Shown piece by piece: positions 1-9,517 of a DNA stretch of 64,000 nt. The first letter of the stretch is position 1; every line of letters begins with the position of its first letter. Below the pieces are notes generated by a model that worked only from the letters and a program-made list of their open reading frames with translations, made no database searches and had not been told where the DNA came from. The DNA is from Pedobacter sp. (GTDB taxonomy: Bacteria > Bacteroidota > Bacteroidia > Sphingobacteriales > Sphingobacteriaceae). The position numbers were made by a program, and so were the translations under genes. Location: positions 6,536-70,535 of the forward strand of contig JAZQRI010000083.1 in assembly GCA_045629455.1 (NCBI GenBank), read 5' to 3'.

Positions 1-861
1 GAGAAAAGTATTGCATTTACCGGCGATATCGGACGGAAAAACTATCCAGTCCTGACTGATCCGGAAGCGATCCCGCAGGTAGACTACCTCGTTTCTGAAT
101 CTACATATGGTGGTAAGTTCCACACCAACGACAGCACCCTTGAGGACAAACTCATTGCCACCATAACAGAAACATGTATCAATTCTCCAGGTCGCCTTAT
201 CATTCCCGCATTTAGTATTGGAAGAACGCAGGCCCTGGTTTTTGCATTGAATAAGATATTCAGCAGTGGAAAGCTACCGAAAGTCCAGATTTTTGTAGAC
301 AGTCCGCTTGCGACCTTTGCAACAGAGATATATCGCAAATACCACTACCTAGTAAACGATGAGGCCAAAGCTTTTTACGACAAAAAAGGTGATGAATTTG
401 AATTTGACGAACTGGCCTATGTGAACGATAAAAAGGAAAGTATAACCATTTCCAACTACCACGAGCCCTGCATCATCATATCCTCTGCAGGCATGCTTGA
501 AGGCGGTAGAATTCAAGATCACCTTTATCATAATATACAGAATTATTACTGCACCATATTATTTATTGGATATTGCGCAAAAGGTACACTGGGAAACCGG
601 CTTCTGCGTGGCGACCCTATTGTAAACTTAAGAGGGCGGGAACTGATGGTCTATGCAAGTATTAAGCAGACCGATCTGCTAAGTGGTCACGGCGATCACA
701 ATGATCTTGTCGGCATGATCAAGCATCAGGAAGTAACCAAAACAAAGAAAATCTTCCTGGTTCACGGAGAATCTAATAGCCTTGAAAGCCTGAAAACGTC
801 ACTTCTTGAAGTCGGGTATGACGCCGAAGTCGCAAAAAAGGGCCAAACTTACCGCTTGTAA
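1..861 (+). CDS. MBL-fold metallo-hydrolase, beta-CASP (RNA-metabolising) type; 5' end outside the window
   Basis: Frame 1 is open from nt 1 (EKSIAFTGDIGRKNYPVL...DYLVSESTYGG), upstream of the ATG at 247 used in the ORF track. The C-terminal LLSGHGDHNDL His motif is typical of lactamase-fold beta-CASP enzymes. Confidence 0.75.
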   Translation, partial: EKSIAFTGDIGRKNYPVLTDPEAIPQVDYLVSESTYGGKFHTNDSTLEDKLIATITETCINSPGRLIIPAFSIGRTQALVFALNKIFSSGKLPKVQIFVDSPLATFATEIYRKYHYLVNDEAKAFYDKKGDEFEFDELAYVNDKKESITISNYHEPCIIISSAGMLEGGRIQDHLYHNIQNYYCTILFIGYCAKGTLGNRLLRGDPIVNLRGRELMVYASIKQTDLLSGHGDHNDLVGMIKHQEVTKTKKIFLVHGESNSLESLKTSLLEVGYDAEVAKKGQTYRL

Positions 862-1034
862 GTGCTAACGCTGCTCCAAAATTAAGCTCACCCCCGGTTC
901 TGCCATCAGTTCGTGATGGAGGTCTGAACGTATGAACGAATAGAGCAGCATCTGGCCTTCTTCAGTAGTTTGTACTAAAAATCATACACATTTCAAGCGA
1001 TTGCAAGAAAACAGCACGTAGAGGTAAAAAATGC

Positions 1035-1060
1035 GAAATCATTCATAAGAGAATGATTTC
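1035..1060. repeat. Perfect 10-bp inverted repeat (gaaatcattc / gaatgatttc) with a 6-nt loop in the intergenic region
   Basis: Read directly. It is flanked by an A-run on the left, so on the minus strand it is followed by a T-run, but no minus-strand gene feeds into it. Confidence 0.6.
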
Positions 1061-1163
1061 AAGCATATTATAATATAAAATCATCTGATATAAGATTTGG
1101 CAGGGTTATTACATACACCCAAACAGTAAAGATTAACGATAAACAACATCTAACTGTTAAAAA

Positions 1164-2498
1164 ATGAATTCAAAAATTACAAAATCGGCATTGGTACTAT
1201 CCTTAGTAGGAATATCATCCGGGCTTTTCGCACAGGAGTCGAATCCTGATACTACGCAAAGATTCGCAAAGAAAGCCTTCAGAACATGGTCTATCGGATT
1301 AAACGGAGGTATGCTTACGCATTACACTCCTTTCAACAGCAGGTCTAACGGCGACTTCGCGACGCCACAAGAAAGCTGGGGTTACGGTGGGTACATCAAA
1401 AAACAAATTTTACCTGGATTCGGTATTCAGGCAGACTTCCTTGCTGGTAAAGTAAAGGGATTCAGACCAAACGACCTGACTGGCGTGGCTGCTCCAACAC
1501 AGGCACAACGTGACGCAAGTTTCGAAACAAGTATTGACTGGTCGGCTGCTTTAAAAGCTAACTTCACGCTAGCTAACCTGAGCCTAAACCAAAAACGCAG
1601 TGTACTTTCTCCTTACTTTACTGCTGGAGCTGGATACATGTCATCTAGTGCCAACACTGCTGCTGTCAACGGTGCAAGCACCAACTACGGAGAGCACTGG
1701 TTTATTCCAGTTGGAGCAGGTGTAAAACTTGGATTGTCTAACACCATCAACCTTGATTTAGGTTATGACGTTAACTTCATGAAAACCAACAATTTTGATG
1801 GAGTAGCAAGCACACCGAACGACCGTTTCTCTTATGCTCATGCGGGTATTGAGATCGCCTTAGGTAAAAAAGAAACTCCTCAACTTCAAAACTACAGTGC
1901 ACTAGCCGCTTTACGTGAGCAAACTGCATTGGAAAGCGATGAATTAAGAAGAGCACTTTCTACTCAGGAGCAAAATGCCTTACGCGACAAAGAAGCTTAT
2001 GAAAGAGAAATGGGCGACGATGATAGCGATGGAGTAGCAAACAAATTCGACAAATGTCCAAATACAACTTCAGGAACTGTTGTTGACGGATCTGGATGTC
2101 CATTGAAAGTGGCTGCTCCGGTAATCAGAGAGCGTATAATCGTAACAGAAGCAGATCGTAAGGTAGTTGATGAGGCCATCAGAAATCTTGAATTTGACCT
2201 TGGTAAATCAACCATCCGTCCAAAATCTTACGCTACTTTAGATAAAGTTGCTGCACTGTTGGTGGAGAAAAACTTCAGCTTAAAACTAGCAGGTCACACC
2301 GATAATACTGGTTCAATGGCGCTAAACATGAAGTTATCGAAAGACAGAGCGGAAGCGATCAAATCCTACTTAGTATCTAAAGGTGCGAATGCATCAAGAA
2401 TCGAAGCTACAGGATACGGTCCAAACCAACCTATCGCTTCTAACAAAACTGCAGAAGGTCGTCAGAAAAACAGAAGAGTTGAATTCACTCTATTTTAG
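1164..2498 (+). CDS. OmpA-family outer membrane protein
   Basis: Signal peptide MNSKITKSALVLSLVGISSGLFAQ; thrombospondin-type-3-like DDDSDGVANKFDKCPNT; C-terminal OmpA-like domain (GHTDNTGS...NRRVEF). Confidence 0.85.
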   Translation: MNSKITKSALVLSLVGISSGLFAQESNPDTTQRFAKKAFRTWSIGLNGGMLTHYTPFNSRSNGDFATPQESWGYGGYIKKQILPGFGIQADFLAGKVKGFRPNDLTGVAAPTQAQRDASFETSIDWSAALKANFTLANLSLNQKRSVLSPYFTAGAGYMSSSANTAAVNGASTNYGEHWFIPVGAGVKLGLSNTINLDLGYDVNFMKTNNFDGVASTPNDRFSYAHAGIEIALGKKETPQLQNYSALAALREQTALESDELRRALSTQEQNALRDKEAYEREMGDDDSDGVANKFDKCPNTTSGTVVDGSGCPLKVAAPVIRERIIVTEADRKVVDEAIRNLEFDLGKSTIRPKSYATLDKVAALLVEKNFSLKLAGHTDNTGSMALNMKLSKDRAEAIKSYLVSKGANASRIEATGYGPNQPIASNKTAEGRQKNRRVEFTLF

Positions 2499-2514
2499 TC
2501 AGATCACTGCCTAA

Positions 2515-2550
2515 TAAAAAAGGTCATGTAGTATTACATGGCCTTTTTTA
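2515..2550. terminator. Bidirectional rho-independent terminator between convergent genes
   Basis: aaaaa-aggtcatgta-gtat-tacatggcct-tttttt: a 9/10-bp stem flanked by A- and T-runs. It lies between the stop at 2498 (+) and the stop at 2580 (-). Confidence 0.65.
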
Positions 2551-2579
2551 TTGTTTACTTATTTACCAAATATCAAGCA

Positions 2580-2915
2580 CTAATCAAATAGCCTTTCACC
2601 TGATATGATAAGGTGATCTGCTCCAGGTATAATAGACACGTTCATTACCATCGAAGATTTTTCAAAAGTGTCAATAGCAGCACATACATTAAACTGCTCC
2701 AGTGTAAAAGTAGCTCTAGCGACAAAACCGCCTACTTCTTTCCTAATCTCCTTACGATCAAAGTGAACTGCGCGGACCTTTTCCCTGGGATAGTAGTCCT
2801 GAATCAAATAGCCTATCTTTTCACTATTTTCATTTAAAACGTCGAACAAAAGATCTTGTACAGAAGTGATGGCGGTAACTTGCATAGGCAACTTAACGTT
2901 CATAGTATGTTCCAT
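2580..2915 (-). CDS. Hypothetical 111-aa protein, last gene of the egt operon
   Basis: Its start is 3 nt after the stop of the upstream gene. No motif recognised. Confidence 0.5.
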   Translation of the reverse strand: MEHTMNVKLPMQVTAITSVQDLLFDVLNENSEKIGYLIQDYYPREKVRAVHFDRKEIRKEVGGFVARATFTLEQFNVCAAIDTFEKSSMVMNVSIIPGADHLIISGERLFD

Positions 2916-2918
2916 ATA

Positions 2919-4097
2919 TTACGATATTATTTTTCTCGCCAGGACAGCAGTCATTGCTTTCAAAAAAGGCATGGGTCTCAGACTTGTTATGATGCTTAGG
3001 TCATTTATAATATTACTTTCTGCATCCAGGAACGCAAAAACACGATCAGCCTTCGTTCTGCTGAACAGATCCTCAAATATCTGATGGCCTTTATACTTCC
3101 CCGAGTCTAGAACACCCAGCAATGTCCCATCATAAAGTCGGTGTTTAATGCTAACATTCTCAACCTTAAAAAACGGCGTCTGCGTTTCCGTCCAACTTCG
3201 CAAAATTTTCTCAACCGTTTTTTGAACATTCGAGTAGGTGTACCCTGTTGCCCCCCGGGTATCTCCTCCTGCAGAGCCGATGTTAACTATATTTCCATTG
3301 AACCTTGGAAATACATGGTCTGTCATGGGGATCACCCCATATTCAGCCTTTAGTACTTCATACGAATCCAACTTTAATACATGCTCCAGATACGCCTTGA
3401 TCTTCTCGTCGTACACTTCCTGATCCAGTAAGGTCTTCGAAAATACGGTGTATTCTACAAACAGCTCGTTTTCCTTGAAGGGTAGTGCATAAAAGAAAGA
3501 CGTCCCATGTTCCTGCCCGGTCCGAAAGTCCATCAGTGATGCTTCATCCGGATCAAACCGCGCGGACCGTGCTTTAATCATCAGCCCCTTGAAATGCTGC
3601 AGGAAATATTGTTCGCCCGTATGAAGTGCAGGCTTGGTATAGACAGAGTTAAATACATACTTTGATGTGTAGCATGCATCTGCTGTTTGCACAGTGCAGT
3701 GATCTGCCGCTGTTTTCATACCTAGTACTTTCTCGTTAGAAAAAGTAACATTAGTACAACCCGCTAAATAGCCAACGGTAAACGTCTGGAAATCCGAACT
3801 TAAGATCGAGTTATAACGATACCCATTCAGATGCAATGGAATCTTTTTGTCGGTATGGGTAATGAACGACAAACTATTCCACTGTTTGCATATGATTTGG
3901 TCAAATGGACCTGGTTCCTTCGCCCAAAATGACCAGGTCTTCTCTTGTCTTTCAACAGCAGGTACATCTAAAACCAATATTTTAAGATCACTCCAGATAC
4001 CCGTCCGCATTGCCCGGTAAAGAAGGCTCAATCCCGCGAGGCCTGCACCGGAAATGATGATATCGAAACATCCGGATTCCTTTAGACGACTTGCCAT
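2919..4097 (-). CDS. Lycopene cyclase (CrtY)-family FAD-dependent protein
   Basis: N-terminal dinucleotide-binding motif DIIISGAGLAGLSLLYR. The length of about 390 aa and the overall pattern fit lycopene beta-cyclase-family flavoproteins. It overlaps the egtD stop by 16 nt. Confidence 0.65.
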   Translation of the reverse strand: MASRLKESGCFDIIISGAGLAGLSLLYRAMRTGIWSDLKILVLDVPAVERQEKTWSFWAKEPGPFDQIICKQWNSLSFITHTDKKIPLHLNGYRYNSILSSDFQTFTVGYLAGCTNVTFSNEKVLGMKTAADHCTVQTADACYTSKYVFNSVYTKPALHTGEQYFLQHFKGLMIKARSARFDPDEASLMDFRTGQEHGTSFFYALPFKENELFVEYTVFSKTLLDQEVYDEKIKAYLEHVLKLDSYEVLKAEYGVIPMTDHVFPRFNGNIVNIGSAGGDTRGATGYTYSNVQKTVEKILRSWTETQTPFFKVENVSIKHRLYDGTLLGVLDSGKYKGHQIFEDLFSRTKADRVFAFLDAESNIINDLSIITSLRPMPFLKAMTAVLARKIIS

Positions 4098-5020
4098 ACG
4101 GTGTCCAGGAACCAGCCACGGGAATCATGAAAGTGTTTCACAGGTTTAAAGCCGGAGCTCGCCGCCAGCAGGTCAGTTTCTTCTACGCTGTACTTCTGTG
4201 AAATCTCCATATAGATATACTCATCCTGACCAAAGGAAATCGTTGTGCCGCCAATGTTAACCTGCTGTGGAACCAGGCTGATCAGGAAACTCTTACAAGC
4301 ACCCGTCGCCGGGTCATAGCTTGCATAATGCTCAAATTGTGCCACGTCGAAATCCGCCGAGAGCTCCCTGTTTATGCGCTCGAGGAGATTTAAATTAAAT
4401 GCCTTTGTATATCCATTTGCATCATCATAGGCGGCCCTAATGATTTTAGGATGTTTTTTTAGGTCGAAGCCGAGGAATACCAAATCTCCCTCCTGTAGCA
4501 CAGAACGTAGTTTACGGCAAAATGCAAGCGCTTCTTCCGGCGGCATGTTTCCGATGTTTCCCCCTAGAAACAGCACCACTTTATGATTTAACGAGAGCTT
4601 CTTCGCCTGATCAACCATCTCGAAATACTCACCATTCAGTGCTGTAACTTTCAAGCCAGGAATCGCCCCGGGCAAATGATCATTCAAATACTCGATTATA
4701 CTTGAAGAAATATCGATTGGCATATAGCTGAAGTCAACCGGTCTGCCCATAAGCTCCTTCAGCAAGTGCGTTGTCTTTGTTGCATCTCCGGCACCCAGTT
4801 CAATGAGGTCAAACTTCTCAAATCCGTTCTGCAAGGTTTCAGCAATACTTGCTGCATTGCCACTCAATATTTCGGCCTCACATTTCGTGGGATAGTATTC
4901 CTCACAGCTCATAATCTTTTGGAAGAGCTGGTCGCCCGCATCATCGTAGAAATACTTCGATCGCAGGGATTTAGGTGTCTGACTTAAATCCTGCAGAACG
5001 TCGCTTAAAAAGTTGTCCAT
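4082..5020 (-). CDS. egtD: L-histidine N-alpha-methyltransferase (ergothioneine biosynthesis EgtD)
   Basis: N-terminus LRSKYFYDDAGDQLFQKIMSCEEYYPTKCEAEIL and LIELGAGDATKT (SAM motif) match the EgtD/dimethylhistidine methyltransferase family. It lies directly after egtB. Confidence 0.85.
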   Translation of the reverse strand: MDNFLSDVLQDLSQTPKSLRSKYFYDDAGDQLFQKIMSCEEYYPTKCEAEILSGNAASIAETLQNGFEKFDLIELGAGDATKTTHLLKELMGRPVDFSYMPIDISSSIIEYLNDHLPGAIPGLKVTALNGEYFEMVDQAKKLSLNHKVVLFLGGNIGNMPPEEALAFCRKLRSVLQEGDLVFLGFDLKKHPKIIRAAYDDANGYTKAFNLNLLERINRELSADFDVAQFEHYASYDPATGACKSFLISLVPQQVNIGGTTISFGQDEYIYMEISQKYSVEETDLLAASSGFKPVKHFHDSRGWFLDTVWQVV

Positions 5021-5021
5021 A

Positions 5022-6206
5022 TTATTTTGCTAGTCTTATGCCGCTGAACATCCAGTTCAGGTCAGCATGAAAAAAATTCCGGTAACTCGGTCGGCTATGT
5101 CCTTCCGGAGTGGCTACAGACGCACCTCTAAGTACTTTCTGGTTGACCATGAATTTACCGTTGTATTCGCCGGCAGCGCCTTCTGCCCTCGTGAAACCAG
5201 GGTATGGCAGGTATGCACTTTCCGTCCATTCCCAAAGCTCACCCCAGGAGAATTTTCCGGAAGCCACTTCCCATTCGAATTCCGTTGCCAAGCGGCAGCC
5301 TTTCCACTGCGCATACGCCCATGCTTCGTAAAAACTGATGTGTGAGACCGGATCATCGCTTCTCAACGGCTGCAACCCAGACAGACTGTACCTGAAATGC
5401 TTCCCATCAATTATATACCAATACTTGGGTGCCTTAGCCTTACTCGTCTTTACCCAGTCCCAGCCTTCTGCATGCCAATAGCGGAAGTTTTCATAACCAC
5501 TATCGGCAATAAATTCCAGATATTCTGCGTTCGTCACCAGTCCGGCAGCTATTTGAGCCTTTTGCAAATAAACCTTATGCCTCCCCAGTTCATTATCAAA
5601 GTGAAAGCTACTGCCATTGTAACCAACTTCATAAACACCTTCTTCTATATCCACCCATCCCGTATCCTGCACCTTAAAGCTTTCCTCGACGTTCCGCGGG
5701 TAATATGCCGGGAAAAGAGGGTTATGACCCAGAATATACTTGATGTCATACCACAGGAGTTCCTGATGCTGCTGTTCATGGTTCAATCCCAGTTCCAAAA
5801 GTGTATTCAGCTCGTCAGATAGACCGCCATCTTCCAGAAAGTCCTGCATGGCCTTGTCAACGAAGTTTCGGTAGTTAAATACCTCATCAACCGTGGGTCT
5901 GCTCAGATTACCGCGGTCGGTCCGGATTACCCGTGCACCCAGTGTTTCGTAATAGCTGTTGAAAACATAATGGTATTCAGGATGATATGGTTTATAATCC
6001 TTTGCAAAGGGAATCAGAATAAACGTTTCAAAAAACCAGGTCGTGTGTCCAAGATGCCACTTAGGCGGACTTACATCAACCACTGGCTGTACCACATAAT
6101 CTTCTTTCTCCAGCGGAGCACATATGGCCACACTATGAGACCTAACCTGATTGTACTGCGCCAACAACGTTGCCTTAGATACCAGGACTTCTTCTAGTTG
6201 CTCCAT
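5022..6206 (-). CDS. egtB: Ergothioneine biosynthesis sulfoxide synthase EgtB (DinB-like plus FGE-sulfatase domains)
   Basis: N-terminal DinB-like region (PPKWHLGHTTWFFE...HEQQHQEL) and C-terminal FGE-like region (WEWTESAYLPYPGF...VLRGASVATP...RNFF). Confidence 0.85.
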   Translation of the reverse strand: MEQLEEVLVSKATLLAQYNQVRSHSVAICAPLEKEDYVVQPVVDVSPPKWHLGHTTWFFETFILIPFAKDYKPYHPEYHYVFNSYYETLGARVIRTDRGNLSRPTVDEVFNYRNFVDKAMQDFLEDGGLSDELNTLLELGLNHEQQHQELLWYDIKYILGHNPLFPAYYPRNVEESFKVQDTGWVDIEEGVYEVGYNGSSFHFDNELGRHKVYLQKAQIAAGLVTNAEYLEFIADSGYENFRYWHAEGWDWVKTSKAKAPKYWYIIDGKHFRYSLSGLQPLRSDDPVSHISFYEAWAYAQWKGCRLATEFEWEVASGKFSWGELWEWTESAYLPYPGFTRAEGAAGEYNGKFMVNQKVLRGASVATPEGHSRPSYRNFFHADLNWMFSGIRLAK

Positions 6207-6207
6207 G

Positions 6208-8232
6208 TTATTTGTCTTTTCTTTTATTATTTACAGGTATAGAGAATGAAAATGTTGATCCCTTGCCCTCTACACTCTCCGCCCATAGCCTGCCGCCTTC
6301 CCTTCTGATGATCTCAGAGGAAATATATAAGCCAAGTCCCAATCCCGGGAACGTATGCTGCATTTTCCCGGAAACGCGGTAAAACTGCTCAAAAACCTTC
6401 TCTAAGTTCTCTTTCGAAATCCCTATGCCGTGATCTTGAACGGACACTATAATATGATCATCCTCCAGTCTGCTGGAAACGAGAATCTCGTCTCCACATG
6501 GGGAGTATTTTATTGCGTTCGTTATTAAATTTGTCAACACCTGTTCCAGACGTTCTTTGTCTGCATATACGTTTCCGACTTTCGCATAGTTTTCCTTAAT
6601 TACATGCAGGTCGGTTGTACGCTGCAGATCCTCGACTACAAACCGGATCATCTCATTCAGGTCAAAGTCGGTATTATTGAACTGCAGCCGGCCGGAATTC
6701 ATCTTTGTAACATCGAGAAGATCAGCAATCAAGCTGGTTAAACGGCTAAGCTGCGCATCCATTTTGCCCATCATGGCCGCCTCCTTCAGGTCGCCCTTCT
6801 GCGTCAATATCTTCTCCAGTACCTGCGTATAGGCCTTTATACTGGTCACCGGTGTTTTCAATTCATGGCTGGCAATGCCGATGAATTCATCTTTCTGCCG
6901 CTGTAATCCTTTTTGCTCGGCAAGTGCAATTTCAAGCTGTTGGTTCATCTTAACCAGCTCCACCTGTGATTGGATTCGGTCTGATATATCCAGAACAGTT
7001 CCAATGATACGGAATGGCCGTGTAGCGTCACTAAAATACACTTTACCTTCAATCCGCACCCAGTGCACGGATTTGTCCGGCCAGATCACGCGAACTTCAT
7101 AAAAGAGCTTCCCTGTTTCTACTGCCCGCCGGTGTGCATTCAGGCGAAGCGGCCGGTCTTCCGGGTGAATGGCATAAACGAATGCTGACCGCGGAACTTT
7201 CTCCTGAAAGCCGAAAGTCTGATCAAAGGTATCCGAAGTGATCATCTCACCAGTGATCAAATTCATATCATATGTGCCCAGGTTAACTGCATCGGCAGCC
7301 AAACGCGCGCGCTCTTCTGCATCAATCAGGGCAAGTCCGGCGATCCGCTCTTCCGTGACATCCTGTATGATTCCATTGAAACGCACAGGCATGTTGTTCT
7401 CGTCGAAGAGGGCTTTTCCTTTCGCGAGTAGATTTCGCTCCAGTCCATTTAACTGATTCTTGATTTTGAACTCACCATTATAGCTTCCTCCGGAAGAGAA
7501 ACGTAGTGCTTCGTGTATCGCCGCGATAACCCGTGTACGGTCACTTTCCACGATTCGGTCTGTAAATACCTGCAAGTCTATATTCTGGTCATGGTCAACG
7601 CCAAACCATTGCTTCAGCCGGTCGTTGCCGGTGATCTTAAAAGTTTTAGGGTTTAACTCCCAGGAAGCAAGTTCCGCTGCATTGATGGCAAACTCCAACT
7701 CTTCTTTGCTTTCATGAAGCGCTTTCAGCGTTATTATATTCTCCGTTGTCTCCGTACAGGTAACAAAAACCCCATTACAAATGCTGTAATCATCTAAAAT
7801 GGCGCTGTAGCTAAAAGTCCAATATACATCCTCAAGGCGGCCATTTCGGTAAATCGGAAGCAGCACATCTTTCATCAAACTGGCCTCCCCCCCTTCAAAC
7901 AGATGTTTTATAATGGGATAAATCGTTGGCCAGATTTCGGGCCAGACTTCCTTCGCCGGCTGACCGATGGCATTTGGATGCTTGCCATTCACACCAAGGC
8001 TGGGACGGTAAGCTTCGTTGTAAAAACAAAGCAGATCCGGGCCCCAATATAGAAACATTGGAAACTTGGAGTTCAGGATGATACTTAAAGCAGTCTTTAA
8101 GGTTGTCGGCCATAAAGATATCGGGCCCACACTGGTATCATCCCAGTTTTTTGCCTTTATCAGGCCGGTGATTTCCCCGCCTCCATCGAGGAAGTTGTAT
8201 TGACCCTTTTGCTCACGAATTGCAGTAAACAT
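6208..8232 (-). CDS. PAS-domain sensor histidine kinase
   Basis: HisKA H-box FIGIASHELKTPVTSI and HATPase N/G boxes (LTNLITNAIKYS, DHGIGI, GLGLGLYI), preceded by PAS-like repeats. Its stop is 1 nt from the egtB start. Confidence 0.85.
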   Translation of the reverse strand: MFTAIREQKGQYNFLDGGGEITGLIKAKNWDDTSVGPISLWPTTLKTALSIILNSKFPMFLYWGPDLLCFYNEAYRPSLGVNGKHPNAIGQPAKEVWPEIWPTIYPIIKHLFEGGEASLMKDVLLPIYRNGRLEDVYWTFSYSAILDDYSICNGVFVTCTETTENIITLKALHESKEELEFAINAAELASWELNPKTFKITGNDRLKQWFGVDHDQNIDLQVFTDRIVESDRTRVIAAIHEALRFSSGGSYNGEFKIKNQLNGLERNLLAKGKALFDENNMPVRFNGIIQDVTEERIAGLALIDAEERARLAADAVNLGTYDMNLITGEMITSDTFDQTFGFQEKVPRSAFVYAIHPEDRPLRLNAHRRAVETGKLFYEVRVIWPDKSVHWVRIEGKVYFSDATRPFRIIGTVLDISDRIQSQVELVKMNQQLEIALAEQKGLQRQKDEFIGIASHELKTPVTSIKAYTQVLEKILTQKGDLKEAAMMGKMDAQLSRLTSLIADLLDVTKMNSGRLQFNNTDFDLNEMIRFVVEDLQRTTDLHVIKENYAKVGNVYADKERLEQVLTNLITNAIKYSPCGDEILVSSRLEDDHIIVSVQDHGIGISKENLEKVFEQFYRVSGKMQHTFPGLGLGLYISSEIIRREGGRLWAESVEGKGSTFSFSIPVNNKRKDK

Positions 8233-8296
8233 GTTCCTCCTTTCTTAATTCATTTTATAAAAATAAACTTATTTTTATAAAAAAAAGGAACAGGGG

Positions 8297-8857
8297 TTAA
8301 AAGTCAAGGTTTCCTTCAACAGAATCATCCATTGTTTTTCCAGTAATAATCGAGGCAGCCATCTTTCCAAACGCCACGACATCGCCATGTTTATTGTCCC
8401 AGTAGTAAACGCTCGTCGGTACCACCTTTAATAGGGTGATGTTCAGATCGTCTTTCCCGTCCTGAAACCAAACTTTAAGAAATGGTTTCCACAATTCATC
8501 TATTTTCTCCTGATTGGTACTGATTTCAGTGATACCGTAAATGTTCAGAAATCCCGAGTGGGTACTTTCCTGGAAAAGCAAATGAGTAAAGGGATCAGCA
8601 GTGATCTCTTTGTTCTTATTACTTCCCTTCATACTCATAAACCATAGATTCCCCTCATCATCTACGTCAAGAACGGCCATCGGGCGGATCGACACCGGTA
8701 GTCCTGTTTTGATATTGGTACAGAAAAAGCAGTTCTCCGCTTTTGTCGCCAGTGACTTTAGTTTCTTTATCGCCTCCTCACCCTGAAGCGTTTTAATGTG
8801 TTCTTCTGTAGGCTGTGTATTGTTGGAGCTATCTCTGGAGTTTTCTGAAGTTGCCAT
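8297..8857 (-). CDS. Pyridoxamine 5'-phosphate oxidase-like / general stress protein 26 family
   Basis: Size and the pattern FFCT...PVSIRPM...DDEGNLWFMS...VYYWD fit the PNPOx-like split-barrel family. Confidence 0.65.
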   Translation of the reverse strand: MATSENSRDSSNNTQPTEEHIKTLQGEEAIKKLKSLATKAENCFFCTNIKTGLPVSIRPMAVLDVDDEGNLWFMSMKGSNKNKEITADPFTHLLFQESTHSGFLNIYGITEISTNQEKIDELWKPFLKVWFQDGKDDLNITLLKVVPTSVYYWDNKHGDVVAFGKMAASIITGKTMDDSVEGNLDF

Positions 8858-8968
8858 ATGGTTGAATTTTAGTGTACAGAACTAGAACAGCAGAAGAATA
8901 TTTTTGTTTACCCTGGAAGAATATTTCAGGGCAGAGAAACAAACGTTCGTACCTTGGGTTATTCCTGA

Positions 8969-9268
8969 ATGGAGCCATTCAACATCAAGCTACCCGTTTC
9001 CGGGCAAACCGCAACGCTGACGATTCTGCCTGCAGAAGAAGGTTTATACAAAATTGTTTACTACGGGGCCGTGATGGGAGCAGTTCGAGCGCCCGACGAT
9101 GGAAAAGATTGGACGCTTGTTCCCGAGGAAGAACTCGTCGCCGGCGACCTGCCCTTCTACCAGGGCGGATCAGATCCGGACCGGGTGAATGTTCTTTTGG
9201 ATGAACTAACCGTGCGGAGTATCGGAGCGGAAATACAAAGCACAGTCGCGGCCGGCACAGAGGAATAA
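8969..9268 (+). CDS. Hypothetical 99-aa protein
   Basis: Chosen over two overlapping low-complexity ORFs because a recognisable but broken paralogue exists at 60922-61170. Confidence 0.5.
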   Translation: MEPFNIKLPVSGQTATLTILPAEEGLYKIVYYGAVMGAVRAPDDGKDWTLVPEEELVAGDLPFYQGGSDPDRVNVLLDELTVRSIGAEIQSTVAAGTEE

Positions 9269-9333
9269 TCCAGCTCGTGATGATCACAGAGACAGTGTAT
9301 TGAGCTTGCGGGACACAAGTAAGACCTCAGCCG

Positions 9334-9399
9334 GACCTTACCCCCACTTTACCCGCTGTTTGTCCGGGTAAGGTGCGGGTAAGGTGCGGGTAAGCTGCC
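9334..9399. repeat. Phased CCTTACC(C) repeats forming a long imperfect hairpin
   Basis: accttaccccc-actttacccgc on the + strand is followed by three 11-nt units gggtaaggtgc (the same motif inverted). cttacccccactttacccgc pairs with gcgggtaaggtgcgggtaag at 18/20 positions. Confidence 0.7.
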
Positions 9400-9458
9400 T
9401 TTGAAGTGCCCCTAAAAGCCTAACCTTTTTGTTCGGTTTTAGCGTCACAATACAACGG

Positions 9459-9495
9459 AAAAAAAAGAGGCTTATCATCTAAGATGATAAGCCTC
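9459..9495 (-). terminator. Rho-independent terminator of the btuB/DUF6580 operon
   Basis: 13-bp stem gaggcttatcatc / gatgataagcctc, followed on the minus strand by T8. It lies just downstream of the stop at 9518. Confidence 0.8.
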
Positions 9496-9517
9496 AATTT
9501 CTATGTATAACTGCCGG

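Noticed and set aside
8872-9287. Two ORFs (110 aa +, 100 aa -) overlapping the 99-aa ORF
   Set aside because: They have Arg/Ser/Pro-rich low-complexity translations typical of off-frame reading. The 99-aa frame has a paralogue elsewhere in the window.
9361-9394. Possible mini-CRISPR (three gggtaaggtgc units)
   Set aside because: The units are 11 nt and directly abutting, with no spacers. No cas genes are in the window.
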